A stretch of DNA of 52,790 nucleotides, counting the filler, from Bipalium vagum (lineage: Eukaryota): the NCBI GenBank assembly GCA_037834085.1. It is 3 parts of 3 records of this genome, joined end to end, with 100 filler letters (N's around TTAATTAATTAA, not from the genome) between each part and the next. Parts side by side here need not be neighbours in the genome. Positions count along the whole stretch, not along the records: positions 1 to 16,327 come from JBBMKC010115825.1; 2 more parts are not named here. One strand, written 5' to 3'. The notes under the pieces were generated by a model, which saw only the letters and a list, made by a program, of their open reading frames with translations, was not told the DNA's origin and did no database searches. Position 1 is the stretch's first letter. The number at the start of each line of letters is the position of its first letter. The translations under genes and the position numbers were made by a program. This document shows positions 1 through 12,538 of the stretch, one piece after another.

Positions 1-74
1 ATTCATAAATTTATTTATTGTTTTAGTTTTTATTTGATTAAACAAAATTTTACGCTTTTCCAGTGGGCACCCTG
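1..74. mobile_element. Right end of a Tc1/mariner-type element (TIR ...CCAGTGGGCACCCTG followed by TA), truncated by window start
   Basis: Reverse complement reads TA-CAGGGTGCCCACTGG, the TA-CAGGGTG terminus also seen at 27916 and 33688. Confidence 0.4.
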
Positions 75-76
75 TA

Positions 77-1004
77 GTTTATGGAATATGAAAAAATCAA
101 AGAATCGCATTGTAATGCAATTTGAATTCCATTGGAAATCCAGCACGGCACAAACAGCTCGAAACATTAAAGATGTTTTGATGTTAGTGCGCCTAACCAA
201 AGCACAATTAGTCGTTGGTTTACAAAATTCAAATCTGGTTATTTTGACCTGGCTAAACTGCCCGAGGAAGATATGAAACCAAGGTAAATAATGACAAATT
301 GAAGGCTGTGGTAGAAAGAAACACATGCCAATCTACCACAGAATTAGCAGAAATATTCCATGTTTTAATTCCAACCATTTTGGATCATTTATGGTAAATA
401 AATAAAGTAAAAAAACTTGATCGTTGGCTTCCTTATGAATTAATGGAAATCCATATGAACAAGGGTTTTGATGCATGTCTTTCTCTGGTGTTGCGGAACA
501 GGAATGATCCATTTTGCATCGCATTGTTATATGTGATGAACAATCATAAGCGATATGTACAATGGCTACATGGAAGAAATGATGAATAATTTTTCAGAAA
601 AACAACCAAGACTGTTCAAAAAAGATAAACCATTACTCCTTTATGACAACGCCCGCTCACACATTGCAAGGGGAGTGAAATTTAAAATACTAAAGATGAA
701 TTTAAAAACCTTTGATCATTCTCCTTATTCCCCAGACCTTGCACTACCGACTATTATTTTTTCATTAATTTGGATAACTCTTTACAATGAAAAAAATCCA
801 TTACCCAGAGGCTATCCAAATTGTCTTTATCCAATTCATTGAATGTCTGAAACCTGATTTTTTTGACAAAGGCATCTCGAACAAGGCAGAAGTAGTGTAT
901 ATTTGCTGAAGGTGTTTACTTTTATTAAATAAATGGTTCATTGTCAAAGATTTCTTTAATAATGTTTATTATTAAATCTATGCATTTCGTACTTTATGAC
1001 CTAA
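77..1004 (+). mobile_element. Degenerate mariner (DD34D-type) element
   Basis: Frameshifted transposase: MKKSKNRIVMQFEF..TAQTARNI (HTH), HRIVICDE, LLYDNARSH, HSPYSPDLA. The right end reads TA-TTAGGTCATAAAGTACGAAATGCA on the minus strand (TIR-like). No left TIR seen. Confidence 0.85.
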
Positions 1005-1399
1005 TAGCTTTGGATAAGGATGATGTTCGTGTATCTTTTATGACTTTATCATGCTGATCCAAAATTGCTGTTCTTTCATTTCTATCATTCCAATAATTGA
1101 TGAATTCGTTCAAATATATTCAAAATTTGGTGCCCAATTGGATTCAATCTAAAAAATTATTTTATCCCCTCGAAAAATTTTATGTTGCCAGATTTATGGG
1201 AGAAAGTCTTTTTTATCGAAAAAAATCCTTTGGCTTATTTTAGTGTGCCTATTTGTCATATAGTAAATATTAAAAATTAATGCATCCTTCACACAAGTCA
1301 TGAATATTATTATTCAACATTAAGTTTTTAAAAAAAATTTTCTTATTAATCTTTTTCATTTTTTAAAATTTCAAATTAAATATTAAAATGTACAAAAAT

Positions 1400-2050
1400 G
1401 ATTTTAAAAGACGAACTTTCTTTATGAGCAAGCACTTTCCATAGTTTCTCCAACCGATTAATCTCAGTTGAATATGGTGACCAGGGAATAGGTTCAATTT
1501 TTCAGTTGTGGATCTGACCTTGTGACATAGGCAGCTATGTTGCTGGAGAATTAAATATTACCGCCGTATTCATTCAGGAAAGAAACGAAGTGACCAGTTG
1601 ATTTACGTTGATATTCCCTTTGAATTTTCTTTCTAGAAACAAATATTAGAGTTGACTCCGATGGAAATTGAAATTTGTCCAAATCATAAAGAGCTACTTC
1701 TGGTATGCCTCTTCGATAGAACCAAATCCTCTTTTCTCAAATCGTATCAATAGTACGCAAAACCATATGACGCGTCTAGATTAATTTTCTTCCCCTCACT
1801 CAATATCAAATTTTTCTATTAATTTTCCCAATCCATTTTATCTTTAGCCCAAAAAACAATATTTAATCTCTATTAAATGAATGCAAGTGCTATAAAATAG
1901 TATCTCCAAGTAAATCACAAAAAAATAATAACACTGGTGAACAAAAATACTTTTGCACACCAGCTTTGGCAGCTCTTCGTATAATAATCTTCGACCAATC
2001 AGATCATTTACTCCCAAATCTGAGAGGTGATTCTTAATCATTCCTGTCAG
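1400..2050 (-). mobile_element. Decayed Tc3-like (DD34E) transposase
   Basis: Minus-strand translation gives LILSEGKKINLDASYGFAYY*YDLRKE (cf. Tc3 FSDEKKFNLDGPDG..YYWRDLRKE) and PWSPYSTEINRLEKLWKVL (cf. WP..SPDLNPIENLW). Many stops; boundaries approximate. Confidence 0.75.
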
Positions 2051-2487
2051 GATAAGGAAAATAATTATATCTGTCCTACTCGAGTTCGACTGTGCCTAAT
2101 ATAGAAAACAATTTTATTAATATTATTCTTACTAACCTCAGAGTACATGTCAAAATTTAATTGTCACATCTTCAGACAAAGATTTTTTAATAACTTTATT
2201 TGCAGGATATCTTTTTTATTATCGAATCCACCACTTAATTTTCTGATAATAAAACCAACTTAATTTCTTTCTGAAAATATTAATTATTGATTTTGTATCG
2301 ATTCTAATTATTTAATCAATTATTGTGGTCTTCAATATACGAGTATTTTACAATTTAGCTTAATTTTTAAATTTTTAATGTAAGATCTGTAAATAGTGCA
2401 TCATTTTAAAATTTATTTTTATAAATATCCTCCAACAACAAATACAAATAAAATATTCATAATTTACTGAACCTCGTCTTAATTTAG

Positions 2488-5304
2488 AATCCCCAGAATA
2501 TATGATGAAAAGGAGGAAGATAATAGAATATATTTAAAAGAGCTTTATCTGTCTCTGTTTTACATTGTAACTCTGTTAGCGGAATTTATCGCCATCATTG
2601 TCCTGATATCAGATTTTCGCCATTGGAAATTTATGGCTTATGCAATAGTGCTAGCTCAAATCATTTTAGTGGTGCTCAGTATCACCTTCAACTATCGTAC
2701 GTATATAGTCAGTAATCTATTCGCAATATCTCTCATGCTAAGAGATTGTCAACACATCAAATTTCTGGGATTTATGAATGTTATCGGCCTGTTGGTGTCG
2801 AATATGATGATTTGTCTGTTGATATTGTTGCTACCTGCCAAGTGTCAAAATTATGAGGCTGACTGCTTGAAAATTCTGGATGCGTACAATCTATTTTGTC
2901 TTGTCATAGTGGGTCAGAATTGCTTTTCATTATTGATCATGACACTTTTTGTGATCCGATGTAATAAGCTTAAGCTCTTGTCGTGGTATGGTCAGGTATT
3001 TGTTGCTATATCAATATAGTTACATTTTAACGTTTCTCAATCTTTTTATATATTAATACAATAATAGATAATAAAATGGAAAGAGAATAAAAAATAAATC
3101 ATAAAATAATGATTTACGATTTGATTTTTTTTCTGAAATATTTTTATTTGAAAATAATTTAAATCATAATAATTACATATAAATATTTTGATTGGTCAAA
3201 AAAGAACCAATCACATTAATGGAAAAATAGTATGTGCATCATAAATAATTGTGTTAGGAAATTTTCTATATGAAAAAAGACTGAGCAGAAATTTTTAAAA
3301 CCACAAAAGATCTTTAATTACCTACGATTCTGTAGATTTTCTCCAACGAATTCCTTGTCTTTCAAGTCCTCTAATGTTTTATCTTGTTGCAAACATCCAC
3401 GTATTAAGTTGAACTTTATATAGATATCACAGCCGAAAATACATTTGAAAATGTTCTTTTTATGATTGCCGAAAGAATTACTTACATAAAACTTATTTAA
3501 ATTGAACTATTTTCCGATCCACAGTGGAAAAAAGACTCAAGATCTGAATATTTGACTCTTAAGGATATATATTGACCGAACAGGTTACCTTTTTAATACA
3601 AAAAATATTACATTGTAAAAAAGGCCTCTTGTCTATGTCCTAGTTTATCATTCAGATTGTTCTAAGCAATAAAAGGTTTACAGAGTCTGAAACACAAAAA
3701 GAATGAATGGTGAGGAGTGCTTCTCAAATTCACAACTGTAGAAAAAATACAGTTCCAATATACACGTCTTCGTATAAAAATATTTTTTATAATTTTTATA
3801 ATTAGTTTATTATAACAAAAAATGCTTTTCTTGAAGAAATAAAATAAAGTATCATTTCCATGGTAAGATAATTACCAGGAAAATACTTAGTCGATTCGAT
3901 AATGTTAAGAAAAGTTTTAGAATAAAGGTATTTTGGAATAAAAAAGATGTTGATATGCACAATACCTTAACACCCTTAATTCTCTTATGCTGGTAGTAAG
4001 AAAGTTACTTCATCCAGGAATAATATAACAAAACATCGATGTCATAAAATTATAAAAAAAATTTGACGTTTCTCGAACAAATAAGAAATCAGTTAATTCA
4101 GTCTACCAAAAGCGATGTTGTCATCATTGATCCTTCCGAAATCTTCAATGAATCTCTGACGCAGATAAAGCGAATTTCACTTCCAATTACCACACTCAAC
4201 CAATGTTCTCTTCAGAAAATCACCACCAATTTCTTCTTCTGACTTAGATAAACGAAACCTTCGGGAAATTTTCAGTTTAATAAATTACACCAATGGCGAC
4301 CGTCAACATTTTCGGTGCAGTGAAGCATTTTAGTTTGGGCAAAATATTCGGTCGCCGTGGTGCCCAACATTGACAGGTTTCACTGAATAAGCAAACACCT
4401 TTCGTTTTCAAAATGTATCTGAAATTAATATTAATGAAAATAATTTTATTTATTTATTTATTATTTTGCTTTTGAAAATCGATCTCATGGTTTTAATGGA
4501 AATTTTGAAGCACATTGTGAAATATGTTACAATGATAATAGTTGTTTTTATTTATATTTATCATTTTATATTTATAATTGTCATGAAAAGATTATCGTAA
4601 ACTTGTGGAATGACTCCAAAAAAGCAATAATACAATAAAACAAATTTCTTAGAACTCATTAAACATAAAAACTGATTTATAATTTTAAGTAATAAAATTA
4701 TTTAATTGGTTGAAATTCGGTTTGGCCGCGTTTTGGTAAAGCGGTTTATTAAGACTGTATTAAAGCCATAATTTTTTATCTTTTTAATAAATTGTTATAG
4801 CTTTTGTTAATGAGGACGATTATTATTGATGGTAATTAAATCTATAAGAATTCGGCGACCAGAGCATTAAAAAAATCGATACAGCTTCTGAAGAATGCTG
4901 AGTCATTGCGATAATGCATTGTATTATTTCACTTTTAAAATAATTATAATTATTCCATTAAAACAAAATTGAGCCAAGCCGAATTTAATCCACTTAATTA
5001 ATTACATAAAATAAATGCCCAAAAAATAAATAAAGCAAAATTTGATTGATTGTTTTTTTAATTTTTTTTTACAAAAATGAGATAATGTTTTTTTTAGAAT
5101 ATGTTGGAAGATTTCGATTTTCCCAAAGAGTACAAGAATGAGTTCAAGGATCAGATCATAAGCATCAGTGAGATATCGTTGACCAGCAGCTTTTTCTATG
5201 ACAACAAGCAGTCCGTGAACCAAAGGAGCAGCCTGCTCGTGTATCTGAGACGGCGCCATCGTGAATTGTTGGAAAATTATCAAAAGCTTTTAATAATGAA
5301 ATGA
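2488..5304 (+). CDS. Probable TMEM192-like multi-pass membrane protein (exons 2488-2995 and 5098-5304; true start uncertain)
   Basis: Open frame from acceptor TTTAG|2488 through several hydrophobic segments. The phase-0 donor GGTCAG|GTATTT matches a phase-0 acceptor TTTTAG|AAT at 5098. Motifs LRDCQHIKFL, VIRCNKLK and C-terminal LLVYLRRRHRELL resemble TMEM192 as I recall it (R.TRHLKRL, IRRFNKAK, IEYLKRHNALL). Confidence 0.55.
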
Positions 5305-7629
5305 AAAAAAACACTGTTGTACAAAAAACTTATTTCATTGAGATTTTATAAAAAAAAATAAAGCAGCATGAATTTTTAAAATTACCGATTGTTTTATAAG
5401 GTGCTCTCCATCAGTGGAAATAAATATTATTTTTTATTTCAGATTCAAACGATTTTGATGGTACTTGGAGGACATCTGAAAAAATTAATTTTAAATAATA
5501 TTATATAATCCAATCATTTTTCAGCAAAAGATCAATAAAAATTTGCGAAAAATTATTTCATTTTAATAAATTATTTATTTTTCAGTAAAGTTCTCATTTA
5601 TGAGATGATTTTCTAAATACTGTTATACCTAATGTTATATCAGCACGGTTGCCATTTCAGTAATACGTTTCGTAAGGTATTACACGAGATATTACGTTTT
5701 ATGTGAAATATTATTCTCTTCGTTCATTCATTCAAACAAATATTTTAAAAATATAAATAATTCATCTAGTCTTATGTGACTTACGTCATTATTTTATGTG
5801 ATTACATAATTTTGCTGAGATAATTAATTTAATTTAATTATCACATATTAATTTTAATTTTAAATTCAAAATACTTCAATTATTTTTAATTTAATTTGTT
5901 TTAATCAGAATAATTTTAATCTATAAAAAATTGATAATAATTTCGGCTTCAAATTTTTAATGTTGAAATTTTTTTTGTTGCTATGTCAACCAAATTAAGT
6001 ATTAATAAAACTAAAAAAATATCGATAACACATCTTAATTAATTGATTTCTATTGGTAAAATATTTATTTTAATTTAAGTGATTAACTGAGCCATTAAAT
6101 ATTGGAAAAAACGTACCGAAAACTTTATTCATATTAAAATATTTTTAAAAATATTAATTTATTATGAAAAAATTATTACTTTTATTATGAAAATTCCTTT
6201 TGTAAAAACTAACTTTAATGATAAACAATAGTTTTAATAAATTAAATTAAACAACATAAAATGGTTCGAACACCAACTCCTCCCTTAAGATCAATATTAA
6301 CAGATAAATAGTAATTAATCCATTTATTTATTCACAGTTTTTGACCATGGATATCTCATATTTTAGCTCTTAAATCACTTTAAAGAGACCTTATCAATAT
6401 TTTTGTTAAAAATGGATACCCGGAAAGCCTATTAAATTGAATGTTTTATCACTTCGAATACACGCCAAGTGCGGTTATCTCATTTCACATAGTTTGCCAT
6501 CAAATGTGACGTGATGCACCCGTGATTATGTCACACCAAATCTCACATGCTCGAATAAATATGGCGCGCACAAATTGTGGTGCAGATGCAATGATGTCCA
6601 TAGGTATGGGATTAGGAGCAATAGTAACAAAGAGACGTTTTTAAGTAGGACATCAAAATAATCCTGGTTTTTCGATATTATTAATGAACATCTTATATAT
6701 TGTCCCTGGTTCAATGTGAGAAATTAGCAATAAAAGATGACCTAGATTAAGCCATGTTACATTTTCATTTTAATTTTTTAGGAAACTAATGTTGAAAACC
6801 ATTAATATTTTTTTAAATAAATGCTTTTAAAAAAATTTTGTGATAAAATCTCTAAATATAGTAATAAGAAAATTTTAAAAAATTGGTAATCTTGTACTCG
6901 ATGTACCTTGTATAAAAAATTTGACCAATCAAAATTTAGTTACATTTTTAGTTTGTCAAATTTTAAACTAAATTAATGAAGGTTAATCAAAGTTAATCCT
7001 CAGCCAAAAAAGGTCACTTTTTATACACGATATGTCAAAAGTATCAATTAACTGAAATGTATTTATTGAAAAGAGATTTTTTTGAACATTTTGAGATTAT
7101 TGATTGACAATTATAAATATTGATATATTCATCATTCATACTAACAAAAGACAGGAACAGAACAAAAATAAATCCAGAGCATCGTTGTTCATTAATAATT
7201 ATTTATATCCATCTAATTATATTGTATATCAAATCAACCATCTTTGTGAACACTTTAGACCAATTAAACGTTTTTTCTATTTTGCATATACAAAGTCATA
7301 AAAAGATGTAAAAATGTCATTTTTTTGATTGATTAAAATATATTCTTTATCCATTATATTAAAAATTGTAACAAAAAAGGATTTACTAAAAATAAATTTT
7401 TTATTAAATTATTATTGGCAAATAATGTCAACTTTTTATCTGATCCATTAATTTTCAGAGAAAAGAATTATTATTAATTAATTAAAACTGAACAATTAAT
7501 AAAATCAAATAATGTTCATAGAATTGATTTTTGCACAATTGACCGAAACTTGTATTGTGATAAAATTCCGGAAAATATTCTTCAACAATTGTTTATTATC
7601 GATTGTTTTATCTTTTATCTATTTTTTCT

Positions 7630-8559
7630 ACTTAATAAATTATTGAATAATAACAACAGTCGTAATTATCACAGTGGAAAAAGTAATTCCTGCAAATATT
7701 CGTCTTGAAAATTATCATTATTTTTATATTCTTTAAAAAATTTTAAATAATATTTTTTCATTAACCTCGGACATTTGACATGGGCCGTTAATCGTTAGAA
7801 AATCTCCATAATTTTTTAAAATAAATTAAAACAAAGTTTTCTTGAATGAACTCTCTTTTTGTATAGACTTCATTTCGAATCCACGAAACCAAATAAAACA
7901 TTTTGTTTTGAAAGGGTCATTTTAATAAATTTGATAAAAAATCACATCCCAAACCAACCTCACCCTATCTGAAACAAAATCGAGAGGACAAAAACATGAC
8001 ACGTTTTCCAAAAAGTCAGAAGAAACGTCAGTGAGATTAGGTATTTGTGCACTGAGCTTCTTAAAAAGTTGTATCTTTCATCATTTATGCACATTAGAGA
8101 CCAGTCTGAGTTTAATAAACCTTCTTTCAATTTGATTCAACGACCTCTCACCTAAAAGAAACAAATTTTTTTTGGTACATTTTAACAAAAAAAGATTTTT
8201 AATCATTAATTTGATGAAACTTCGAAAATTCTCCTAGCGCCTTTTTATGGGGAACTCGGTGTTTTAATTTATATAAACATTCTTAAGAACAAAATATATC
8301 TAAAGAAATTATTTCAATCATTTTAATATGTTCTATTAAGCCTTTTATTAAATTATTTAATTTTGAATTAATTATTGATATTAAAATCAATAAAAATTTA
8401 ACAAAAAATTGATAAATTACGATTAAATTAAATCATTGATTTATTAATCTGAAAACAAAAGTTAAAATATTTTTATTCCAATCTTTAAATAAAAAATAAT
8501 CTTTTACGATTTTATTAAATAACTGACGCTATTTTATAGTAAAATATATTTTAAAATGA

Positions 8560-8596
<37 letters not shown>

Positions 8597-10170
8597 TATT
8601 AATAAAAATTCCTGTTAGTGTCATATTAATTAAAATATTATTGAATAACTTGTTGGGTCCACCCAACAGCAATTCAAATGGGCATTGAGAAAAGCATCAC
8701 AAGGAAGATCAGTAGGATAATAATATTAATATTAATTATTAAATATTTTAAATTTTGGAAAAGTTTTATTGACAGACTGAATTCATACTCATTTAGTTGA
8801 ATTTAGTTAACAAACTTAAAACAAAATGGAGAGTAATTATAACATTTTTATTCAGTTCTCCATTTTAAGTGCATTATATACCAAAAATAGATTCTGGGTC
8901 GATTTACAATAATAGATAAAATCTAAGCTTTTTTTCTAAATTATTACCAAACCAAAAAATCAATAGAAGTGATATATAATAAAAAACTGTCGAAACACAT
9001 GTGCAAATTTTACAATTTGCAGTCGAAATCGACCACCTTGCTTAATATCAACATATATTAAAATCCAGATAACTATCACCATTCTAATCAATGAAAATAT
9101 ATCGTTTAATATCACCCAGTTTTATATCATAATGCGTTTAATGTCAAAAAATTTTAAAAAAATATTATTATTGGGCAAAAATACAAAAATGAATACATGT
9201 TACTGAAAAAAAAATCTATAGTGATGAGTAATTTTGATAATGATGAAGAAAGATTGGTGAGTCATTGACATTAAAAAAATCAACTCAGAAAAAGAAAAAA
9301 TCAGGAGAATTATGTTTTCTTAAAATTATCATATAATTTTACAAAAATTTAATGGCCGTAAAAAATATGAAAAATGTTTAAAATTTGGAAAAATAATTTT
9401 TGAAATTGTGACATAAAAGACATTGGGTCTTTGGATAAGTTTTAAGAAAAATTTCTATTCCAACTCAAAAAATAAAGCATTGTAATTAAAGGTTGAAATT
9501 CGTTCTAGAATCCGTAACTTCTTAATCATATATTTTTATTTACGAAATGTTAAAGAATATTCAATTTCCTTTCCAAACACTTTCCAAAGACCAAAGGATT
9601 GACTCATAATAGCCATTGGAGAGTCAAGCTAGGCAGTTCTTTAACGATCTTCATTTAAATAAGATCAGAAATCACTACGATTTGAACGAGGTAATGAAAG
9701 ACTATTATAATCGATACTGTCAGGCATTCATTGAAGATTGAAAAAATTAGTGAATATTTGTTAACGAGATACCACAACTTCAGTAAGACACTTATTACTT
9801 AAAATTGATTGTATAACACATTTTTTAAAATTCGATAAATTGCAGATAGAACATATTGCAGATAGTATATATACGTTTAAAACCGACCATTTACAATGGT
9901 CATGTACACAATTGAACTTTCTGAACTTAATCTTCCCAATTGTCCTTGTTACATTTTCCAGGAAATTTTTATCTCCGATCTCAGTGAGATTGACAAAACA
10001 AAGCCTATAATTACTGTTCCCTCCATCAAGTCCTTTTAAGGAGTTATTAAATAAAAACAAATAGTAATAAATGTATTTGTAAAATAAATCAACTAAAGTT
10101 ATCACGACCGTCGAACTAAAATTAAACCCCCACAAACAGTACTAAATCATAGACCAAGACAAAATCCTTT
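7630..10170 (-). CDS. Putative multi-exon orphan gene or genes with small exons; structure not resolved
   Basis: Several GC-richer islands bounded by AG/GT on the minus strand: about 7960-8151 (GERSLNQIERRFIKLRL|IQLFKKLSAQIPNLTDVSSDFLENVSCFC, assuming a 27-nt intron), about 9544-9629 and ORF 9761-10135. No family recognised. Confidence 0.3.
8563..8596. repeat. (ATT)n microsatellite
   Basis: About 11 consecutive TTA/ATT units. Confidence 0.9.
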
Positions 10171-10330
10171 ATAAAATAGTGTCAAGTATTTATTTTAAAG
10201 AAAATCAATATTTTTTATAAAAAAATAAAATCACAAATTTATTTACAAAAGAAAGATAGTTTTGAAATCACCGGGTATTGAGGAATTGTTGTCTGACGAC
10301 AAAGGAAACCACAGAGGAGAAAGAAAGAAA

Positions 10331-12538
10331 TCAAAATGAGACCATTATCAGTAGGAGCACGATATTTCCCAACGTAAAGGTCAAAGTTCCGAAAACCATT
10401 AGCACCAGTAAATTGCCCAACTGGTCTGTACAAACTGTCTGTACGGTCTCCATATAGAATCGGGACAGTTCATTGCACGGAATAATTCGCGACAGAGTGT
10501 CTTCCTCGAAAATCTTCACCAATCTGTCCACATAGAACCGAATCGGCTTGACAAAGGATTCCAACAGATCAGAGAAAAACTTCTGTCCATCTGCTTTGAC
10601 GAATTTCTGAACGTTGTCCAACACGATAAGCAACTCATCGACAAATGTCCGGAAAACGTCGGTGAGCTCAATCAGTTCGCGTAACTGTACATCGTTTTTG
10701 CGCAGTATGGAAACCGCTGCTTTCACCGACGACGAAGAGGACGTGGTGGCGTTCGATTTCTGGAGAAGTTCAAAGCACTGTTCAAATAAAATGTTTTCAA
10801 AATCCAACCGCTGCTCGAGCTCTTCTGAAAAGTATTTGTTCCGTCGATAATTCAAAGTGTTAATAGTCTTCGATAGCTTATCAAAGGAAAACGGTCGCTC
10901 GGTGTCTTTTGGTAGGTGGTGCATCAATTCAATGATATGCCCTTTCGATCCGAAGACCTTTTTGGCAACGTCAATCACAGCGTCGTAATTGTCGGTCAAG
11001 GATTGATTGATTCGAGTTACGGTTGGCTGGAGAATATCATTGAGGAAATAGTCGGAAAATATGATGGCCGTCGTATTTACAGGTCGATAAAGCTTGAGGC
11101 TGGGCAAAAGAATTCGTTTGGCAGCACACTGTCGAATGACCGTTGTCAGGATACCGCGAGGATTTTTGATGTTCAATCGCGGAATCTGGAGAATTTTCAG
11201 TGGAACATTTTCCGCGAGAAAATATCGACTTTTCTCATCCAAAAACGAATCGATAAATTGATCGGCGATGGTCGATGAATCGTTTACGTCGGCCAAATAT
11301 CGACAGACTTCCGTTTGAGAGTTCAACAAAACCGATGTGACCGTAACCAAGACGATGAGCACAATGGAACCAAAACAGTAAGTCAAAAAATTCGACAGGT
11401 CCCAGGACAACCGACAACAACGAATCTGATTGCGACCAGGCTGAAACTTTCTCGTGGACTGTTTGTGTCTTACTTTCCAATTGAGAACGACACTACACGT
11501 AACGCACGAAAGAAAGACCACATTCAGAAAAACAAAAACGTAGAGCGCTATTTTCGAGTACTTTTTCAGAGCGTAAAGATGTCGAGAAATCAATGGTTCG
11601 TTTTGCGACAGCAGCTTGGACAAGATTCCGCCCAACTGTTCCACGATAAGTTGATCCAGTCTTCCGTCCAAAATTCGAATTCCTTCGTCGTAAAACTCGA
11701 TGGGACTCTTGAGATATTTATCCAGATGAAAAGCAACGGACGCATTTTTGAGGATGGGTAAAACTTTGCCAAAAGTTACCACAAATTTCCTATTGATCAA
11801 ATCTCGGAACGAGTAAAACTTTCTCATTTTCTCCAGCTCTTGGAAAAAGGCTTGGCAGTCATCGCTGTACAATTGACAAAGGGTACGAGTCTTCAACAAA
11901 TCGATATGACATGTTTTGGGCAGTTTTATCAATGTATGTCGCATTTCAAAGGAAGAATTGGCGAAGAGAGCTGATTTTTCTAACATATTCATCATTGAAT
12001 TACTTTTTTCCAATAAATCGATAGAAAAATCAATTTTATTTCCATTTCCATCAATCGTTTTGTTGGCTATTTTTATCATATCTGTCAAGATTTTGTCGAC
12101 CAGAGAAAAGAGATCGTATTTTTTTATTTGCAACGTTTCAATGAATGATCTTTTTGTGTTCCTGGCACTAAGAGAGATCTGGTAGATGATCTGTTTCGAG
12201 TAATGGTCCCGCATGTTTTCTATTTTGTTGATATCGCTATGTATTTCCGATAACTGGACAAAAACCATCAACCCACTTATTATGCAAAATCCTAACAGAA
12301 TGGGAACTAAGAGCCTGAACCGGCGCATAAACGTATAACGATATCCTCTGATGTTTTGTACAAATAAAAATATGGCAATGAATGTGAAAATTGGAAATGA
12401 AATCAAATAGATATTTATCAGCCAGCTTGACAGCATCACTTTCAACATATCATTAACGCTGGAAAGATATCGAAATAGGCCACCGTTTGAGTTCGATTGC
12501 AAGTTGAGCGACATTTCAATAACTTTTTTCTGCCACAT
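10331..12538 (-). CDS. Prominin-like multi-pass membrane protein, single exon, 735 aa
   Basis: Uninterrupted GC-richer ORF. Layout: TM pair, large helical loop, TM, Cys-containing short loop (IRCCR), TM followed by TEVCRYL, second large loop ending IIPCNEL..TVQTVC, final TM. This matches the prominin cysteine and topology pattern. Confidence 0.7.
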   Translation of the reverse strand: MWQKKVIEMSLNLQSNSNGGLFRYLSSVNDMLKVMLSSWLINIYLISFPIFTFIAIFLFVQNIRGYRYTFMRRFRLLVPILLGFCIISGLMVFVQLSEIHSDINKIENMRDHYSKQIIYQISLSARNTKRSFIETLQIKKYDLFSLVDKILTDMIKIANKTIDGNGNKIDFSIDLLEKSNSMMNMLEKSALFANSSFEMRHTLIKLPKTCHIDLLKTRTLCQLYSDDCQAFFQELEKMRKFYSFRDLINRKFVVTFGKVLPILKNASVAFHLDKYLKSPIEFYDEGIRILDGRLDQLIVEQLGGILSKLLSQNEPLISRHLYALKKYSKIALYVFVFLNVVFLSCVTCSVVLNWKVRHKQSTRKFQPGRNQIRCCRLSWDLSNFLTYCFGSIVLIVLVTVTSVLLNSQTEVCRYLADVNDSSTIADQFIDSFLDEKSRYFLAENVPLKILQIPRLNIKNPRGILTTVIRQCAAKRILLPSLKLYRPVNTTAIIFSDYFLNDILQPTVTRINQSLTDNYDAVIDVAKKVFGSKGHIIELMHHLPKDTERPFSFDKLSKTINTLNYRRNKYFSEELEQRLDFENILFEQCFELLQKSNATTSSSSSVKAAVSILRKNDVQLRELIELTDVFRTFVDELLIVLDNVQKFVKADGQKFFSDLLESFVKPIRFYVDRLVKIFEEDTLSRIIPCNELSRFYMETVQTVCTDQLGNLLVLMVFGTLTFTLGNIVLLLIMVSF

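Noticed and set aside
4810-5048. Alternative genetic code (TAA or TGA read-through), suggested by frames that stay open apart from one stop type here and near 8080, 16870 and 39630
   Set aside because: The prominin-like ORF, PK, Ssdp and METTL23 have no in-frame TAA, TAG or TGA across more than 1,500 codons and end in normal stops.
5640-6290. Possible minus-strand PPT-LTR-PBS (TTAAGGGAGG-AGTT ... TGGCAACCGTG)
   Set aside because: Only short motifs. No second LTR or gag/pol support, and the LTR end is poorly defined.
6380-6440. Penelope-like peptide DLINIFVKNGYPESLL
   Set aside because: Single short motif with no RT or GIY-YIG support nearby.
8651-8668. Palindrome TGTTGGGT-CC-ACCCAACA
   Set aside because: 8-bp arms can occur by chance in 53 kb, and there is no context.
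10614-12185. Several plus-strand and alternative-frame ORFs
   Set aside because: Shadows of the GC-richer prominin-like ORF.
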